Virus record (IMG/VR): IMGVR_UViG_3300008262_000013
Reading direction: 5' to 3' (one strand)
DNA from: a virus
Lineage: Duplodnaviria > Caudoviricetes
Length of the DNA: 64,000 nucleotides
Position numbers and translations under genes: made by a program
Shown here: positions 1 through 8,838 of the stretch, piece after piece
How positions within the stretch are numbered: the first letter of the stretch is position 1
Layout of the letters: each line of letters starts with the position of its first letter
The notes under the pieces: model-generated
The model's database searches: none
Told to the model about the DNA's origin: nothing
Seen by the model: the letters and a program-made list of their open reading frames with translations, nothing else

Positions 1-22
1 ACCGTTAATACACCGTTTATAC
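1..22 (+). promoter_or_regulatory. Imperfect 11-nt tandem repeat in the gp32 leader; candidate autogenous translational operator
   Basis: ACCGTTAATAC ACCGTTTATAC directly upstream of the gp32 RBS; T4 gp32 is known to repress its own translation via an unstructured repeated leader; the window edge truncates the context. Confidence 0.35.
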
Positions 23-35
23 GAAAGGAAGTACT

Positions 36-926
36 ATGTCTAGTTTTGCAAATCTCAAACGCAATCGCAGTTCGTTGGACAAACTAACAAAGGCGATTGA
101 ATCAACAACCCAATCTGGCGAAGCAAATTCAAAGGACGATAATAGATTTTGGCAACCATCAGTTGATAAAGCTGGTAATGGTATGGCAGTCATTCGTTTC
201 TTGCCAGCACCTGCAGCAGATGGTGATGAAGGTCTACCATGGGTAAGAATTTTTCATCACGGTTTTCAGGGACCTGGTGGATGGTTAATTGATAACTGTC
301 TTACTACATTGAACGATAAATGTCCTGTTTGCGAACACAATTCTACTTTGTGGAATTCTGGTGTTGAAGCAAATAAAGATATTGCTCGTAAACAAAAACG
401 TAAACTCTCATACATTGCAAATATTCTCGTTATCTCGGATCCAAGTAATCCAGAAAACGAAGGACAGATTAAACTGTTTAAATTCGGTAAGAAAATCTTT
501 GATAAGATTACTGAAGCAATGAATCCTGAGTTTGCTGATGAAACACCTGTTAACCCATTTGATCTATGGGAAGGTGCTAACTTCAAGTTGAAGATTCGTA
601 ATGTTGAAGGTTATCGTAATTATGATAAATCGGAATTTGCAGATAAGTCTGCTGTTCTTGATGGTGATGATGATAAACTTGAAGAACTTTGGAAGAAAGA
701 ATTCTCCCTAAAAGAATTTACAGAGAAGAAAAACTTTAAATCGTATGAGCAATTGAAAGCTCGTCTTGATAAAGCTCTAGGTTTTGAAGCTGTTGCACCA
801 AGAACTAAAGCTGAAGATTTTGTTCCTAAAACTTCATCTGATCTTGATGGATCTTCATTCGATACTTCATCAAATATTGATGATGATGATTTGGATTATT
901 TTAAATCACTCGCATCTCAAGACTAA
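36..926 (+). CDS. gp32: T4-like single-stranded DNA-binding protein
   Basis: DNRFWQPSVDKAGNGMAVIRFLPAP, H-x-FQGPGGW..C...CPVC Zn-site region, FKFGKKIFDKI, FKLKIRNVEGYRNYDKSEF and an acidic C-tail DDDDLDYFKSLA; AGGAAG RBS upstream. Confidence 0.97.
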   Translation: MSSFANLKRNRSSLDKLTKAIESTTQSGEANSKDDNRFWQPSVDKAGNGMAVIRFLPAPAADGDEGLPWVRIFHHGFQGPGGWLIDNCLTTLNDKCPVCEHNSTLWNSGVEANKDIARKQKRKLSYIANILVISDPSNPENEGQIKLFKFGKKIFDKITEAMNPEFADETPVNPFDLWEGANFKLKIRNVEGYRNYDKSEFADKSAVLDGDDDKLEELWKKEFSLKEFTEKKNFKSYEQLKARLDKALGFEAVAPRTKAEDFVPKTSSDLDGSSFDTSSNIDDDDLDYFKSLASQD

Positions 927-929
927 AAG

Positions 930-956
930 AAAACCCACCGAAAGGTGGGTTTTTTA
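930..956. terminator. Bidirectional Rho-independent terminator between convergent gp32 and the 954-2807 ORF
   Basis: AAAA-CCCACC-GAAA-GGTGGG-TTTTTTT: 6-bp GC stem, GNRA loop, U-tract on + and A-tract (U-tract on -). Confidence 0.9.
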
Positions 957-2807
957 TGCGATAATACTTCGAAACAAATTTGGTAAATAATCTTTAGATT
1001 CTGACTGATTTTCCATCACTATTACATTTTGTTGATTAGTATTATTGTTGATGAAAACTATTGGAGTATCTTCATTCATTGATCCAAAAGCCACATTAAA
1101 AGAAGAATTATCTATCATCTCACCCATATTACCCATGGATTGAGGACTAAAAACTGGAGGATTTTTTCTTATTTCTTCAGCCAAAGCTCTACCTTCAGAT
1201 TTCATTTTATCTGGAGAAATTTCTCCATGTCCAACTACATTTAAATCTCCATGACGTTTTCTTAAAAAAGCAACAAGAGCTTTTGCTGATTTGGTTTGAG
1301 CTTCAGTAAATGATTCACTATTTTTAGAAACTATTTCTACACCAATTGAGTTTTGATTCGTTACTCCCGATTTAGTTCCAGCGTGGTACATGATTGATTT
1401 ATCTGGAGCTATGTTATAAACAGTTCCATCTCTATCAATCACATATTGAACGCCGTGTTTATAACCTTTGCTTTTGCCTTCTTTGTCTGTTTGAAATCTT
1501 TCAAATTCATTTAAGGCACTTGTTAATCTATTATCACCAGTATGGTGCAGAACAACATTTTCAACTTTAGACATTTGACCATAAATTCCAAAATCACCAG
1601 TAACTTCTTTCATTTTGAAGCCTTCTACATTTACATCTTTTATAGTTCTAGGACCAGCTGGTTTTTTTACGAAACCGCCTATTGGTGTTCCTATTCCTAA
1701 TGAATCAAATAAAAGTTTCAAATAATTTTGAGATGCTTTGGTGTCTACTCCTACAGTTCCACTCCAAATTCTAGCTGCTTCATTTAAAGGTTTTGATTTA
1801 TACATTGGAGATTCCCATTTTTCTCTCTGAGCTTGTTTTCCAGCTTCAACAGTAGGAAATTGTGCAAAAGGAATTTTTTTACCATTTACATTTAAGAAAT
1901 GTTTTTCAGAAGGTTTAGCTCCCAATTTTTTTTGAGATTCATCTTTTTCATTATAAAGCATTGCTCCAGGATTATTAAGTTCAGTTGGTTTTGTTCCTTT
2001 TACACCAAATCCTTCAGCTTTTGCTTGAGCTTCCAAAAATTTCTTTTTTTGATCTTCAGTTAAAGTACCAAATGTTAACCTGGACATTTCTCTTTCGATA
2101 TCGGACGCATCAGTAAAAAAATCAATCGACATTACTTCATCAATCGATTTTTGTACTGATTTTAAGAAATCATCAATAGATTCTTTTAAGTCTATATTTC
2201 TTATTCTTTCAACCGCATTATATACACCTTTAATAGCTAAGGTAACCATACCTAAAAGACCTGCAAAAAATGCTGCATCCACTAAAACTCCAAAATTAAA
2301 AGATCCTGAATTTGGTTTAGTGATTTGTCTTTCCGGAGAATTGTTATTTCTTAAATTTGATAATTGTGATTCATACATTTCTTCTCTTTTTGCGGCAGCT
2401 TTAAAATACATATCAGCTTTTGTTGCTGCATCAAATTTTTCCAACTTTAAAAGTTTTACAATATTTTGTCTAATCACATTGAAGTCTCTGTGAATAGAAG
2501 GTAAAACACTTAGATTTTTAGCTGTAATTCTGGTGTCAGATTGTATATTTTCAAATATAGGTTTTATATCTGAAACATCCACTGAAGATTTTTCTATTGA
2601 TTTTCCGGATATCCTAGGATTTGATCCTGCTTTCGATTGGTAAGTTTTTAATCCCGGAAATAAAGCAGCTAATAAACCTCTTTGATTAATTAACTGTCGC
2701 GGATCAAATTTTTCTTTTAATCTTTCTTTGATACCTCCGGCCAAAGCTCCAGTAACGCTGCTACCCTGACTTCTTCGATATGATACTATTTCGGATAATC
2801 TAGACAT
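954..2807 (-). CDS. Tape-measure/baseplate-hub-like virion protein with a lysozyme-like segment and a C-terminal N-acetylmuramoyl-L-alanine amidase (Amidase_2) domain
   Basis: Amidase motifs VVLHHTG, YVIDRDG, YHAG, NQNSIGVE, VVGHGE; internal NNPGAM...FAQFPTVEAG...WSG lysozyme-like motif; helical N-terminus; position after gp26/gp51 where T4-like phages carry gp29-type genes. Confidence 0.65.
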   Translation of the reverse strand: MSRLSEIVSYRRSQGSSVTGALAGGIKERLKEKFDPRQLINQRGLLAALFPGLKTYQSKAGSNPRISGKSIEKSSVDVSDIKPIFENIQSDTRITAKNLSVLPSIHRDFNVIRQNIVKLLKLEKFDAATKADMYFKAAAKREEMYESQLSNLRNNNSPERQITKPNSGSFNFGVLVDAAFFAGLLGMVTLAIKGVYNAVERIRNIDLKESIDDFLKSVQKSIDEVMSIDFFTDASDIEREMSRLTFGTLTEDQKKKFLEAQAKAEGFGVKGTKPTELNNPGAMLYNEKDESQKKLGAKPSEKHFLNVNGKKIPFAQFPTVEAGKQAQREKWESPMYKSKPLNEAARIWSGTVGVDTKASQNYLKLLFDSLGIGTPIGGFVKKPAGPRTIKDVNVEGFKMKEVTGDFGIYGQMSKVENVVLHHTGDNRLTSALNEFERFQTDKEGKSKGYKHGVQYVIDRDGTVYNIAPDKSIMYHAGTKSGVTNQNSIGVEIVSKNSESFTEAQTKSAKALVAFLRKRHGDLNVVGHGEISPDKMKSEGRALAEEIRKNPPVFSPQSMGNMGEMIDNSSFNVAFGSMNEDTPIVFINNNTNQQNVIVMENQSESKDYLPNLFRSIIA

Positions 2808-2808
2808 T

Positions 2809-4773
2809 TTAATTCTTAAAAGGACCTAATGGGTTGGACATCATATCAGAAAAGTGTTTATCTATGAAATCATTATTCCAAGCAGAAGCTGCACCTCCGA
2901 GTCCTCCTACAAAAGGTGGAAAACTTTTTTTATCCGATTCTTGAGTTATAACGATTGGTTGTTTAAACACCACAGATTTTTTTCTATTATCAAATGTTTT
3001 ATCTATGATGTTTGTTGTATAAAAATCTTTCATTTGTGTTTCTAAACTTCCTGATAAACTTGTAAGACTGTTTCTTGCTGTGTTAGCAGTATTCTTTATA
3101 ATTGAACTAACGTCGGGAATATCTAAATCTTTAACAAATTTTTCACCCGCTTTTTCTACGTTACTTGTGATGCCTTTCATTATATCACTGTTCATAATTA
3201 CATCAGTTGCTCTTTCAGTATAAGCGTCAAGAAAACCTGGATCTAAATTTTCCATAACACTTCGCAAGTTGGAAAAGTAAATACGTTTATCGGCACTATT
3301 TGAATTAATTTGTTCTGCAACAAAATTTGCAGCAAAACTTAATAAATCACTTTTTATTATATTAAATTCTTCTCTGAGTTTTGTTTTAGCAGGACTTGCT
3401 GAATTTTGTAATGAGATTAGTTTTCTAAGTGCTGAGAAGTATTCTCGTTGTTTATCACCGTATTCGACAGCTTGTTCTTTTGTCAGTAAAAAAGGATGAG
3501 TATCATTAAGTCCTGGTATGTGTATTTTATACATATTTCTCATTTTACTATAGTATTCTTGTAAAACTCCAGGAGCAAACCTATCTTTTAATATATTTTT
3601 TTGTAACTCAGTTAATTCTCCATTTTTTCCTAATTGTACAGATTTTCCTTCTGAAGCTCCGATTATAGAATATTTTGCATTTGCATCAGCCGTCAAACCT
3701 ATTAATTTAGATCTTTCTAATTCTTCTCCTTCCATTTTTCTGCCACTTGTTGGCAATTCAGAATATTCTCCTTTTTTTAAATCCAAAGATTTTTCATTTA
3801 TTGTTTGTTGATACATATCTTTATCGGATATGTTTTTATCCTGTAACATATTTGCTTGTCGTCTTGCTTCTGGAAGTATTGATAGACCAAAAGCTCCAGC
3901 AAAAAATGCTAATAATCCCATTCCTATTCTTATTAATCCTTTTGGACTTAATACAAATCCTATAAGTCTACCTATTATTGATCTAATTAATATTTTAACT
4001 AAATCACTTGAGATGAATCCTACGATTGTTTTAAGTATGTTCTTAAGGTTTGGCATTAATCCAGCTAAACCGGACAAAGCTCCAAAAAAGGCCTTTCCTA
4101 AAGTTGTAAATATAGTGCCTACAATTCCGGCTAAAAATTTAAATGCTCCTAATATAGCTTTACCAAGACTAGCTAAAGCACTAACGACTGAGGATAATCC
4201 TTTCACTATTGAAGAAATTAATTTTTGAAAAAAACTTTTAGTGCCATCATCTTGTTTTTTCTTTTCATCTTCTTTTATTTTTTGGATTCTACTTTGTTTA
4301 TTTCTTTCTTTTTTTAGTTCCCGTTCATATTTGTCCTCACGTTCTTTTGCTTTTACAAAATACATATCGGCTTTTGTTCTAGCGTCACCGCCTTTTAACT
4401 TTACTAATTTTACTATATTTTGACGAATTACATTTACATCTCGGTGTAGTGCTGGTAAAACCATAGTATTTTTTGCTGTCATTTTTGTATTGAATGAAAT
4501 GGTTTCCAACATAGGTTTTATTTCATCAAAAGACGTAACTTGCATCGAAGATTGTGATATTTCTGATGCGGAAGTTTTTGCTTGATATGTTTTTAGTCCA
4601 GGAAATAAAGCAGTTAATAATCCTCTTTGATTAATTAATTGCCGAGGATCAAATTTTTCCTTAAGTCTTTCTTTGATACCACTAGCTAAAGCTCCAGTAA
4701 CGCTGCTACCCTGACTTCTTCGTGAAGCAACGATTTCTGTTAATCTTCCTCTTGATGGTTTTTTAGTTGCCAT
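2809..4773 (-). CDS. Tape-measure/baseplate-hub (gp29-like) protein, paralog of 954-2807
   Basis: N-terminal ~150 aa closely similar to the adjacent ORF; charged coiled coil followed by a long hydrophobic/amphipathic Gly-Ala-Leu-Phe-rich stretch typical of tape measures; directly downstream of gp51. Confidence 0.55.
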   Translation of the reverse strand: MATKKPSRGRLTEIVASRRSQGSSVTGALASGIKERLKEKFDPRQLINQRGLLTALFPGLKTYQAKTSASEISQSSMQVTSFDEIKPMLETISFNTKMTAKNTMVLPALHRDVNVIRQNIVKLVKLKGGDARTKADMYFVKAKEREDKYERELKKERNKQSRIQKIKEDEKKKQDDGTKSFFQKLISSIVKGLSSVVSALASLGKAILGAFKFLAGIVGTIFTTLGKAFFGALSGLAGLMPNLKNILKTIVGFISSDLVKILIRSIIGRLIGFVLSPKGLIRIGMGLLAFFAGAFGLSILPEARRQANMLQDKNISDKDMYQQTINEKSLDLKKGEYSELPTSGRKMEGEELERSKLIGLTADANAKYSIIGASEGKSVQLGKNGELTELQKNILKDRFAPGVLQEYYSKMRNMYKIHIPGLNDTHPFLLTKEQAVEYGDKQREYFSALRKLISLQNSASPAKTKLREEFNIIKSDLLSFAANFVAEQINSNSADKRIYFSNLRSVMENLDPGFLDAYTERATDVIMNSDIMKGITSNVEKAGEKFVKDLDIPDVSSIIKNTANTARNSLTSLSGSLETQMKDFYTTNIIDKTFDNRKKSVVFKQPIVITQESDKKSFPPFVGGLGGAASAWNNDFIDKHFSDMMSNPLGPFKN

Positions 4774-4776
4774 ATT

Positions 4777-4914
4777 TTATCTCTTTTGATTTTGTGCTGC
4801 TTTTAATCTTTCAGATTCTTCTTCTAGATATCTCATTAACATATTCACATAGATATCTTTTTCCCAAGGAATCATATTCTCCAACTCTGTTAAACTATAT
4901 TTGTGATGTTGCAT
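4777..4914 (-). CDS. gp51: Baseplate hub assembly chaperone gp51-like (absent from the ORF track); reading frame is open up to the slippery site at 4971-4977
   Basis: Manual translation: (FFRLTFGHDNLQNHYHTNFAL)MQHHKYSLTELENMIPWEKDIYVNMLMRYLEEESERLKAAQNQKR*; MQHHKYSLTELENMxPWE is the T4-like gp51 signature. Confidence 0.88.
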   Translation of the reverse strand: MQHHKYSLTELENMIPWEKDIYVNMLMRYLEEESERLKAAQNQKR

Positions 4915-4964
4915 TAACGCAAAGTTGGTGTGATAGTGATTCTGCAAATTGTCATGACCAAATG

Positions 4965-5693
4965 TTAACCGAAAAAACTTTGTAAACCTTCTAATTCAAT
5001 GTTTTCGTGATAGCCGCATTTATTACATTCAAAATCTACTTTCTTTTTAAGTTTTGGCATAGTGTCGAAAAAATCTTTAATTTTTTCCAAATCTTTAGAT
5101 TGTAACGAATCTAAAAACTCTGTTAATTCTTCTTTAGTAGAATCTTTCGCATAATATACATTGTTTTCATCGTAAATAAAATCAATACAGTTTATAATTA
5201 AATCTAAAACAACATTAAAATCTTCTGTATTCGTGTTATCTTTTATCAAGTTCATTTTAGGATACTTCATCATGATACCTAATTTGTCTGTGATTTCTAT
5301 TTTATTTGAATGATTTTCTTCTTTAGTTGGTTCTATTTCCAAAACATTCAAATCTATTTCAACAGAACTGTTACATTTTTTAGGTTCTTCTTCTGTACCA
5401 ACATCATTATTACAACGGTACTTTAATTTGACTATTTCGCCAATTGAACGAGCTCTAATATTTAAAAATAAATGTTCAATATCAAATGTTGGCAAATCCT
5501 TTATATCAATATCACTTACTACACAATTATTTAAAACTTGCATAATTGTGTCTACAGAATATTTTGCATCATCAGATTCATAAGCCATAAGAAATAATTT
5601 TTCTTCTTTTACTGTAAAAGGTCTAAACTTAATAAACTCACCAGTAGAACTTAATTTTATTTCAAATAACGGAACATCAATTTTAGGTAACAT
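4965..5693 (-). CDS. gp26: Baseplate hub subunit gp26
   Basis: MLPKIDVP...IKFRPFTVKEEKLFLMA, FDIEHLFLNIRARSIGE, C-terminal CxxC and LEGLQSFF. Confidence 0.93.
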   Translation of the reverse strand: MLPKIDVPLFEIKLSSTGEFIKFRPFTVKEEKLFLMAYESDDAKYSVDTIMQVLNNCVVSDIDIKDLPTFDIEHLFLNIRARSIGEIVKLKYRCNNDVGTEEEPKKCNSSVEIDLNVLEIEPTKEENHSNKIEITDKLGIMMKYPKMNLIKDNTNTEDFNVVLDLIINCIDFIYDENNVYYAKDSTKEELTEFLDSLQSKDLEKIKDFFDTMPKLKKKVDFECNKCGYHENIELEGLQSFFG

Positions 5694-5704
5694 AGTAACT
5701 CCAT

Positions 5705-6454
5705 TTAAAATTTAAAGAATTTGTCAAATAACTTTGTACTTTTTGCTCCAAAGTAAGAAGCAGCTGCTTCACCCAGATCAGTATAACCTTCATAGATAGT
5801 TTGATATTTTTGATATGCGAATTGAACAGTTAATCTATGATAACCGTCATCACTCCAAGCTAACGGTTGTGCTGCGACACCTATTGGAAAAGCATCGATT
5901 AATTTTACAGAATAAATTTGTTTGATAAAGTCGTCGTACTGAAGAACTTGAATGTCCGTCATGTATCTAGTTTCTTCATCTTTGGGAAATCTTAAATTGT
6001 TGGTGTCAGATGGCATAATAGCATCGATCCAAAGATCAAAAAGTTTTCTTTCATAAAAATCGTTTGTACAGATAAAACTTAAACTCATATCATTATATTG
6101 TTTTTGATATGGTATTTTAAATGTCGGACCATAAATTTTTACATCGGCTGTTTGTAATGTTTTTCCTGGAAGTTCAGCGGTATCACACTGTAAAGAAAGA
6201 TATCTTGTGATAGAGGGATTCGAACTTCTCTTAAAAGGTACTCCTGTTGTTTCATAACTAGTTCTTGAACTTACCCAATCTGTAATGTCAGTAACAAGAG
6301 TATTTGGTAAGTTTAATAATCCTTCTAAAACTCCTGTGCTAACAAAATTACCTATGTAGTTAGGGATCGGTAAAATTACTTTAAATCTATTCGGTCTGGC
6401 TAATCCATCTTTGGCTCGAATATTTGATAAAAAGAGTGTTGGCGTAAAAGACAT
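5705..6454 (-). CDS. gp54: Baseplate-tail tube initiator (gp54/gp19-like fold)
   Basis: GLARPNRFKV, CDTAELPG, FDLWIDAI, LIDAFPIGV, LTVQFAY motifs. Confidence 0.8.
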   Translation of the reverse strand: MSFTPTLFLSNIRAKDGLARPNRFKVILPIPNYIGNFVSTGVLEGLLNLPNTLVTDITDWVSSRTSYETTGVPFKRSSNPSITRYLSLQCDTAELPGKTLQTADVKIYGPTFKIPYQKQYNDMSLSFICTNDFYERKLFDLWIDAIMPSDTNNLRFPKDEETRYMTDIQVLQYDDFIKQIYSVKLIDAFPIGVAAQPLAWSDDGYHRLTVQFAYQKYQTIYEGYTDLGEAAASYFGAKSTKLFDKFFKF

Positions 6455-7044
6455 TAGAATGTATCCTTAGAATCTTGAAAAACTACAGATTTAGAAACAG
6501 GTTTTTTCTTGGATGTAAAATCTTCCATTGGAAGTAGAACGGCTATATCCCATTCTTCAGCACTTATTTCTAAAAATCTTGATTGTATTTGTGTAAATAG
6601 GTATCTCTTAATGCAAGCATTTTTTTCAAATATTCTTGATGCCGCTTTAAGTGTTTGATATGTTAATTTTAACTTCGTGGTTTTGTCAAACTTGTCATTG
6701 TTGGCATATGAACTAAGTTTGTCCATCAATATTAATCTTTGTTTGGGATGAATGTAATGTAGATTTAATCCTAAAAAACCATCTGCATATTGTTCTATAG
6801 GTAAAACTAAAGGAAATCTATCATAGTATTTCATTTTTTCCTTTGTCTTAGGATCGTAAAAGAAAAAATACATTCTACCAATAATACTACGCTCACGCAA
6901 TCTCGCCATATCATTCATTAAACTTGCTTTTGTTGGTTTTAGGTTTGCAACTTTCGTGCGTAACCAGTCTCTAGATTCTCTTGATCTAGAAGCGTAACCT
7001 TCTTTTTGAAGTGATGCTTGAATTCTGTCGATTAAATATGCCAT
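6454..7044 (-). CDS. gp2: DNA end protector protein
   Basis: GRMYFFFYDPKTK, YYDRFPLVLP, GLNLHY, KRYL, EWDIAVLLPMEDF. Confidence 0.93.
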   Translation of the reverse strand: MAYLIDRIQASLQKEGYASRSRESRDWLRTKVANLKPTKASLMNDMARLRERSIIGRMYFFFYDPKTKEKMKYYDRFPLVLPIEQYADGFLGLNLHYIHPKQRLILMDKLSSYANNDKFDKTTKLKLTYQTLKAASRIFEKNACIKRYLFTQIQSRFLEISAEEWDIAVLLPMEDFTSKKKPVSKSVVFQDSKDTF

Positions 7045-7048
7045 CGAC

Positions 7049-7056
7049 TATTTATA
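7049..7056 (-). promoter_or_regulatory. T4-type late promoter (TATAAATA) upstream of gp2
   Basis: Exact TATAAATA on the - strand, 4 nt before the gp2 ATG. Confidence 0.75.
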
Positions 7057-7486
7057 CTAGACCGAGATCGTTTTCCGTAAGTATGAGAAACTTCCAACCA
7101 TGTTCTTTACAAAAGATATCTGCTGCTTTCCATTTTTCTTGATTGATTGCATAAGTCGCAGCTTCCTGTAAATACCGTTTGGTCTTTCTTTTTTGTTTAG
7201 GCATTTTTGTTTGGACTTCTGGTTTTACTTCTAGTACGTAAGTCATCACTGTTCCATCTTTTTTCTTCGTTTTTACGACAAAATCTGGAAAGTAACGGTG
7301 CATCTTTTTATCGATGGGATTGCGATATGGTATGAACAGTTCTTCTGATGCCCACCAGGTAACCATAGGATTTTCATCCAAATATTTCATGACGTAGAGT
7401 TCCCACGAAGAACGGTAGATGATATTTGTTGCATCTCCGTTATATTTCGTCGGATTTTTTGGAGTAAACTTTCCTGAATATGGCAT
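7052..7486 (-). CDS. gp4: Head completion protein (TnsA-like endonuclease fold)
   Basis: YSGKFTPKNPTKYNGD, YRSSWE, WASEE, HRYFPDF, EVKP, NQEKWKAA, ILTE. Confidence 0.95.
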   Translation of the reverse strand: MPYSGKFTPKNPTKYNGDATNIIYRSSWELYVMKYLDENPMVTWWASEELFIPYRNPIDKKMHRYFPDFVVKTKKKDGTVMTYVLEVKPEVQTKMPKQKRKTKRYLQEAATYAINQEKWKAADIFCKEHGWKFLILTENDLGLV

Positions 7487-7491
7487 AAATA
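7484..7491 (+). promoter_or_regulatory. Probable late promoter variant (CATAAATA) for gp48 and the downstream baseplate operon
   Basis: ATAAATA core at the divergent gp4/gp48 junction, upstream of an AAGGA RBS. Confidence 0.5.
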
Positions 7492-7514
7492 TTATATATT
7501 CACAAAGGAATCAT

Positions 7515-8825
7515 ATGGCATTTTTCAACTTAACCGAAATCAAAATCAATAATACGAGTGATGGTGATACCCTTGGTTTAACAAAACAAATTTTGCGTGA
7601 TAGCAGATATATGAGTAATGTACTAAGATATCCTTTGGATATAGGTTCTTTAGATAAAGGACACTATATGGTAATCCATATTAATCAACAAGAAAAAACT
7701 AGATTTGATAGAACAAAGGACGAGGTTGGCTTGCCTAACTTTTATGGAAATCCTACTATTATACAAAATCAAAAGTATAATGGAACACCCAATCCTTTTT
7801 CGCAAACTGTATCTGGTCTTACACAAATAGTTGAAGATGTCAATGAATCTGGACCTACACAAATAAGTAAAGAAATGATTAAAAAAGGAGCTTCTTTTCT
7901 TTCTGATAAAGCCAATGCAAAAATAGAAAATATGAATGAAACGTTCCAAGAAGGTTTTGAGAGTGCTGCTGGTGGATTAAATTCGTTTGGTAAAGGATTG
8001 TCTGATTCTGCGAAAGAAATTTTTAATTTAGCTAATTCTGGAAAAGGTTTGAGAACTATAAAAAGAACCACGGATAGTATTGCTTTTTATATGCCAGATA
8101 CTTTAAATTTTACAAATAATCAACAATATTCTACAATAGAATTTGGATCTTCACCTCTAGCTTACTTGGCAGCTGCAACAGCCGGTTATAGTCAAATAAA
8201 AGGATCAGGAGAGAAAAAAATTGAAAGTGCCGTTAAAAACTTAACACCATTCATTTTAAACAATTTTTTACGAAAAACTCTCGGTGGTGCAGGATCAGGA
8301 GTTTTTGCCGCAGGATTTGGAGCAGTTGTAAATCCTCAACTAGAAATGATATATTCGTCTCCTTCATTTAGAGAGTTCAGATTTGATTTTATGTTATATC
8401 CAAGAAGTTCTAAAGAAGCGGTTGAAGTTCAAAAAATATTACAAAGACTTAGATTTCATCAAGCACCAGAAGTTTTAAAAGAAGGAATTGGAGCCTTAGG
8501 TGGATTCTTCTTAGTGCCACCATCCGAATTTGATATAAAATTTTACTACAACGGTTCTATAAATCCTAATATTCCTCAAATTTCAACTTGTGTTTTGACA
8601 TCTATAGATACAGATTATGCACCAAATGGATGGTCTGCATATGAATCTCCTGACAATTTTGGACAACCTGAGATTGGAAAAACTGGTATGCCTGTTGGTA
8701 TTAGATTATCTTTAAATTTCCAAGAAACGGAAATTCTTACAAAAGATTCTTTTGTTGAAGTTGCGGGAAGAGATAGGGACGATGTGGCGATGTGGGAAGT
8801 TTCTACCACCAAAAGAAGATTTTAA
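7515..8825 (+). CDS. gp48: Baseplate tail-tube cap; start re-assigned to ATG 7515
   Basis: YPLD, LYMPD-like FYMPD, NPQLEMIYSSPSFREFRFDFMLYPRSSKEA, PPSEFDIKF, CVLTSIDTDYAP, LNFQETEILTK; AAGGA RBS before 7515. Confidence 0.88.
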   Translation: MAFFNLTEIKINNTSDGDTLGLTKQILRDSRYMSNVLRYPLDIGSLDKGHYMVIHINQQEKTRFDRTKDEVGLPNFYGNPTIIQNQKYNGTPNPFSQTVSGLTQIVEDVNESGPTQISKEMIKKGASFLSDKANAKIENMNETFQEGFESAAGGLNSFGKGLSDSAKEIFNLANSGKGLRTIKRTTDSIAFYMPDTLNFTNNQQYSTIEFGSSPLAYLAAATAGYSQIKGSGEKKIESAVKNLTPFILNNFLRKTLGGAGSGVFAAGFGAVVNPQLEMIYSSPSFREFRFDFMLYPRSSKEAVEVQKILQRLRFHQAPEVLKEGIGALGGFFLVPPSEFDIKFYYNGSINPNIPQISTCVLTSIDTDYAPNGWSAYESPDNFGQPEIGKTGMPVGIRLSLNFQETEILTKDSFVEVAGRDRDDVAMWEVSTTKRRF

Positions 8826-8838
8826 TAAAAGGTAATAA

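Noticed and set aside
4767-4985. 72-aa + strand ORF in the track
   Set aside because: It is the antisense shadow of the real gp51-like ORF on the - strand.
7052-7486. TnsA-like endonuclease suggesting a transposon or homing endonuclease
   Set aside because: Sequence and synteny (next to gp2 and gp48) match the core head-completion protein gp4; no terminal repeats.
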